Shown one piece after another: positions 30,890 through 32,346 of a stretch of DNA of 32,346 bases (positions within the stretch are counted from its first letter, which is position 1; each line of letters begins with the position of its first letter). The position numbers were made by a program, and so were the translations under genes. The notes under the pieces are model-generated. The model was not told the origin of the DNA, ran no database searches, and was given only the letters and a program-made list of their open reading frames with translations. This DNA comes from Callorhinchus milii (Eukaryota): contig NW_024705600.1 of assembly GCF_018977255.1 (NCBI RefSeq), positions 1 to 32,346 on the forward strand, written 5' to 3'.

Positions 30890-32346
30890 GGTGCTGGGAT
30901 GAAGGATGCATTCCATGTCCTCTGCCCATGTGACTCCAACAGCGATGGCTCCAGCCAGCACTGCCACCCCTGTGTCGCGTTGGTTACATGACCTTGCCTC
31001 CCAGAATACCTTGCAGTCGTCATTGATTCTGGCCATCTTTACCTCCTGCATCTCTAGAGGAGCTCTCGCTTCCTCTACGCACTCTACTCTTACCTCTGCT
31101 CTCTCTCCCCGTGTGTCCCTCCTCTCTCTCCCCGTGTCTCTGTGGGGGTCGCTGGCCCCCGAGATCCCTCCCTCGATAATGCTAACAGCCGGGCTAACAT
31201 CATTACTCGCCCCCCGCTGCTAGGCGAACCGCTGCTGGGTTCCTCACCCATGGGGTGGGAGCCGTCGCTCGATGATTCCTCTCCACCGCGGGTCCGCGTT
31301 AGTAGGCATGGCTAGTTAGTTACCGAGTAGTATTACGTCCCTTCACACTACCACGATACTTCCCTTTCCTAATCGCGCATCTGTATCCTCCACATAGCGA
31401 ACGTACGCCCACACCCACACACAGCTCCACACGCGACACCCTCTCTTGCGCCGCTCTGCGCAGGCTTCCACGTGGCGAACCACTGTGTACACAGTACCAC
31501 ACCATTCACACTTCTCAACGAGATCACACGAGGCCACGATCAGCTATTAATGATTTATTTTCGGCTACCTGGGAATTGATGTTAATCAGTAAGAATCGAC
31601 GAAGCTGGCCTATTCTACTACCCCTGTACCTATTCCCTATTTATCGGCTTATGATACTAATTCACCTTCTTACTCACGGTTAGGTGCCCACGGCTGTCCG
31701 TTGATCCCGTGCTCGCAGCGTACCTCAATGTGTCGCATGGACGTCCGAGTCGCTGGGCTGGAGAGCGTCTCGTGGCCTGATGCTGGAGCAAGAGAGAGCT
31801 CTACCCGTTTTCGCCCCCCCCCCCCCTTTATCATCCCTACATCAAAGAGATGCTGCTCCGCCTGTTGCGGTGCTCTCCCAGTTTTCTTTAACAATGGGCG
31901 CGCGCCAGTCAGGGCGCGTGCGGCGGTTCCGGGCCCTTTGCTATGCTAATAAGATGCGCTGCATGTTGCGGCGTTTATCTAATTAATCCCTTTCTCATGC
32001 ATGGTGCCTTGGTTATGCACATTATGCAGCGGCGTCCATCACAACGGCCTGCCGTGGGAAGTTATGCGCGGAGCCTCCGCTTATTGTAATTCTAGCTTTT
32101 ACCCTTTAACTTCCCTAATTTCCCTAATCTTGGTGCCCACGCGCTCAAGCGTAACCATCCCAACCATCAGCGACTACGCGCAAGAGCCCCTGCGGTCATG
32201 CTAACCATGCCGTCCCGTCCCTCCCCTGCCTGCCTCGTCGATACGTGTGTGGGCGTGGGGGGTGCGCTTCAACCGCAGTGGCCGAGTGGCCCCTCGCTGC
32301 GACCTGCAATCTTAATGCCGGTCGCAGCGCCGCAAAGTAGCATCGG
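30890..32346 (-). mobile_element. Possible degraded LTR element (LTR 3' end at 31484, PBS-like TGG, stop-interrupted frame to its left)
   Basis: On the - strand: AATAAA (31554-31559), then ...GTACACA|G|TGGTTCGCCACGTGG, then a charged reading frame ~31310-30890 with two stops. tRNA match and far LTR end not identified. Confidence 0.3.

Overview
Eukaryotic, repeat-rich genomic window. GC3-rich exons, V-SINEs and Penelope fragments suggest a jawless or basal vertebrate such as lamprey (inference). Left (694-6511, +): five internal GT-AG exons of a CCDC162-like gene, one carrying a frameshift in a G-run. Centre (6723-21716, +): a 15-kb tandem Ty3/Gypsy-type array, LTR-int-LTR-int-LTR. It has unusually long LTRs (about 2.6-2.75 kb), a degenerate tRNA-Pro PBS, a PPT and two 3491-bp internal regions that encode only a Gag-like protein (no recognisable PR/RT/RH/IN). 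It has no target-site duplication and its outer ends are mosaic. Right (23016-26791, -): five exons of a strongly diverged DYRK4-type kinase that lacks the activation-loop YxY, the CMGC arginine and the subdomain-IX Asp. Both host genes run into the array, and I could not find their 3' exons. Scattered through the window are five Penelope-like insertions with inverted pLTR ends and 7-13 bp TSDs, most with minimal hammerhead-ribozyme motifs. Also present: a MER1/Charlie3-like hAT MITE with an 8-bp TSD, a solo LTR with a 4-bp TSD, SINEs and simple repeats.
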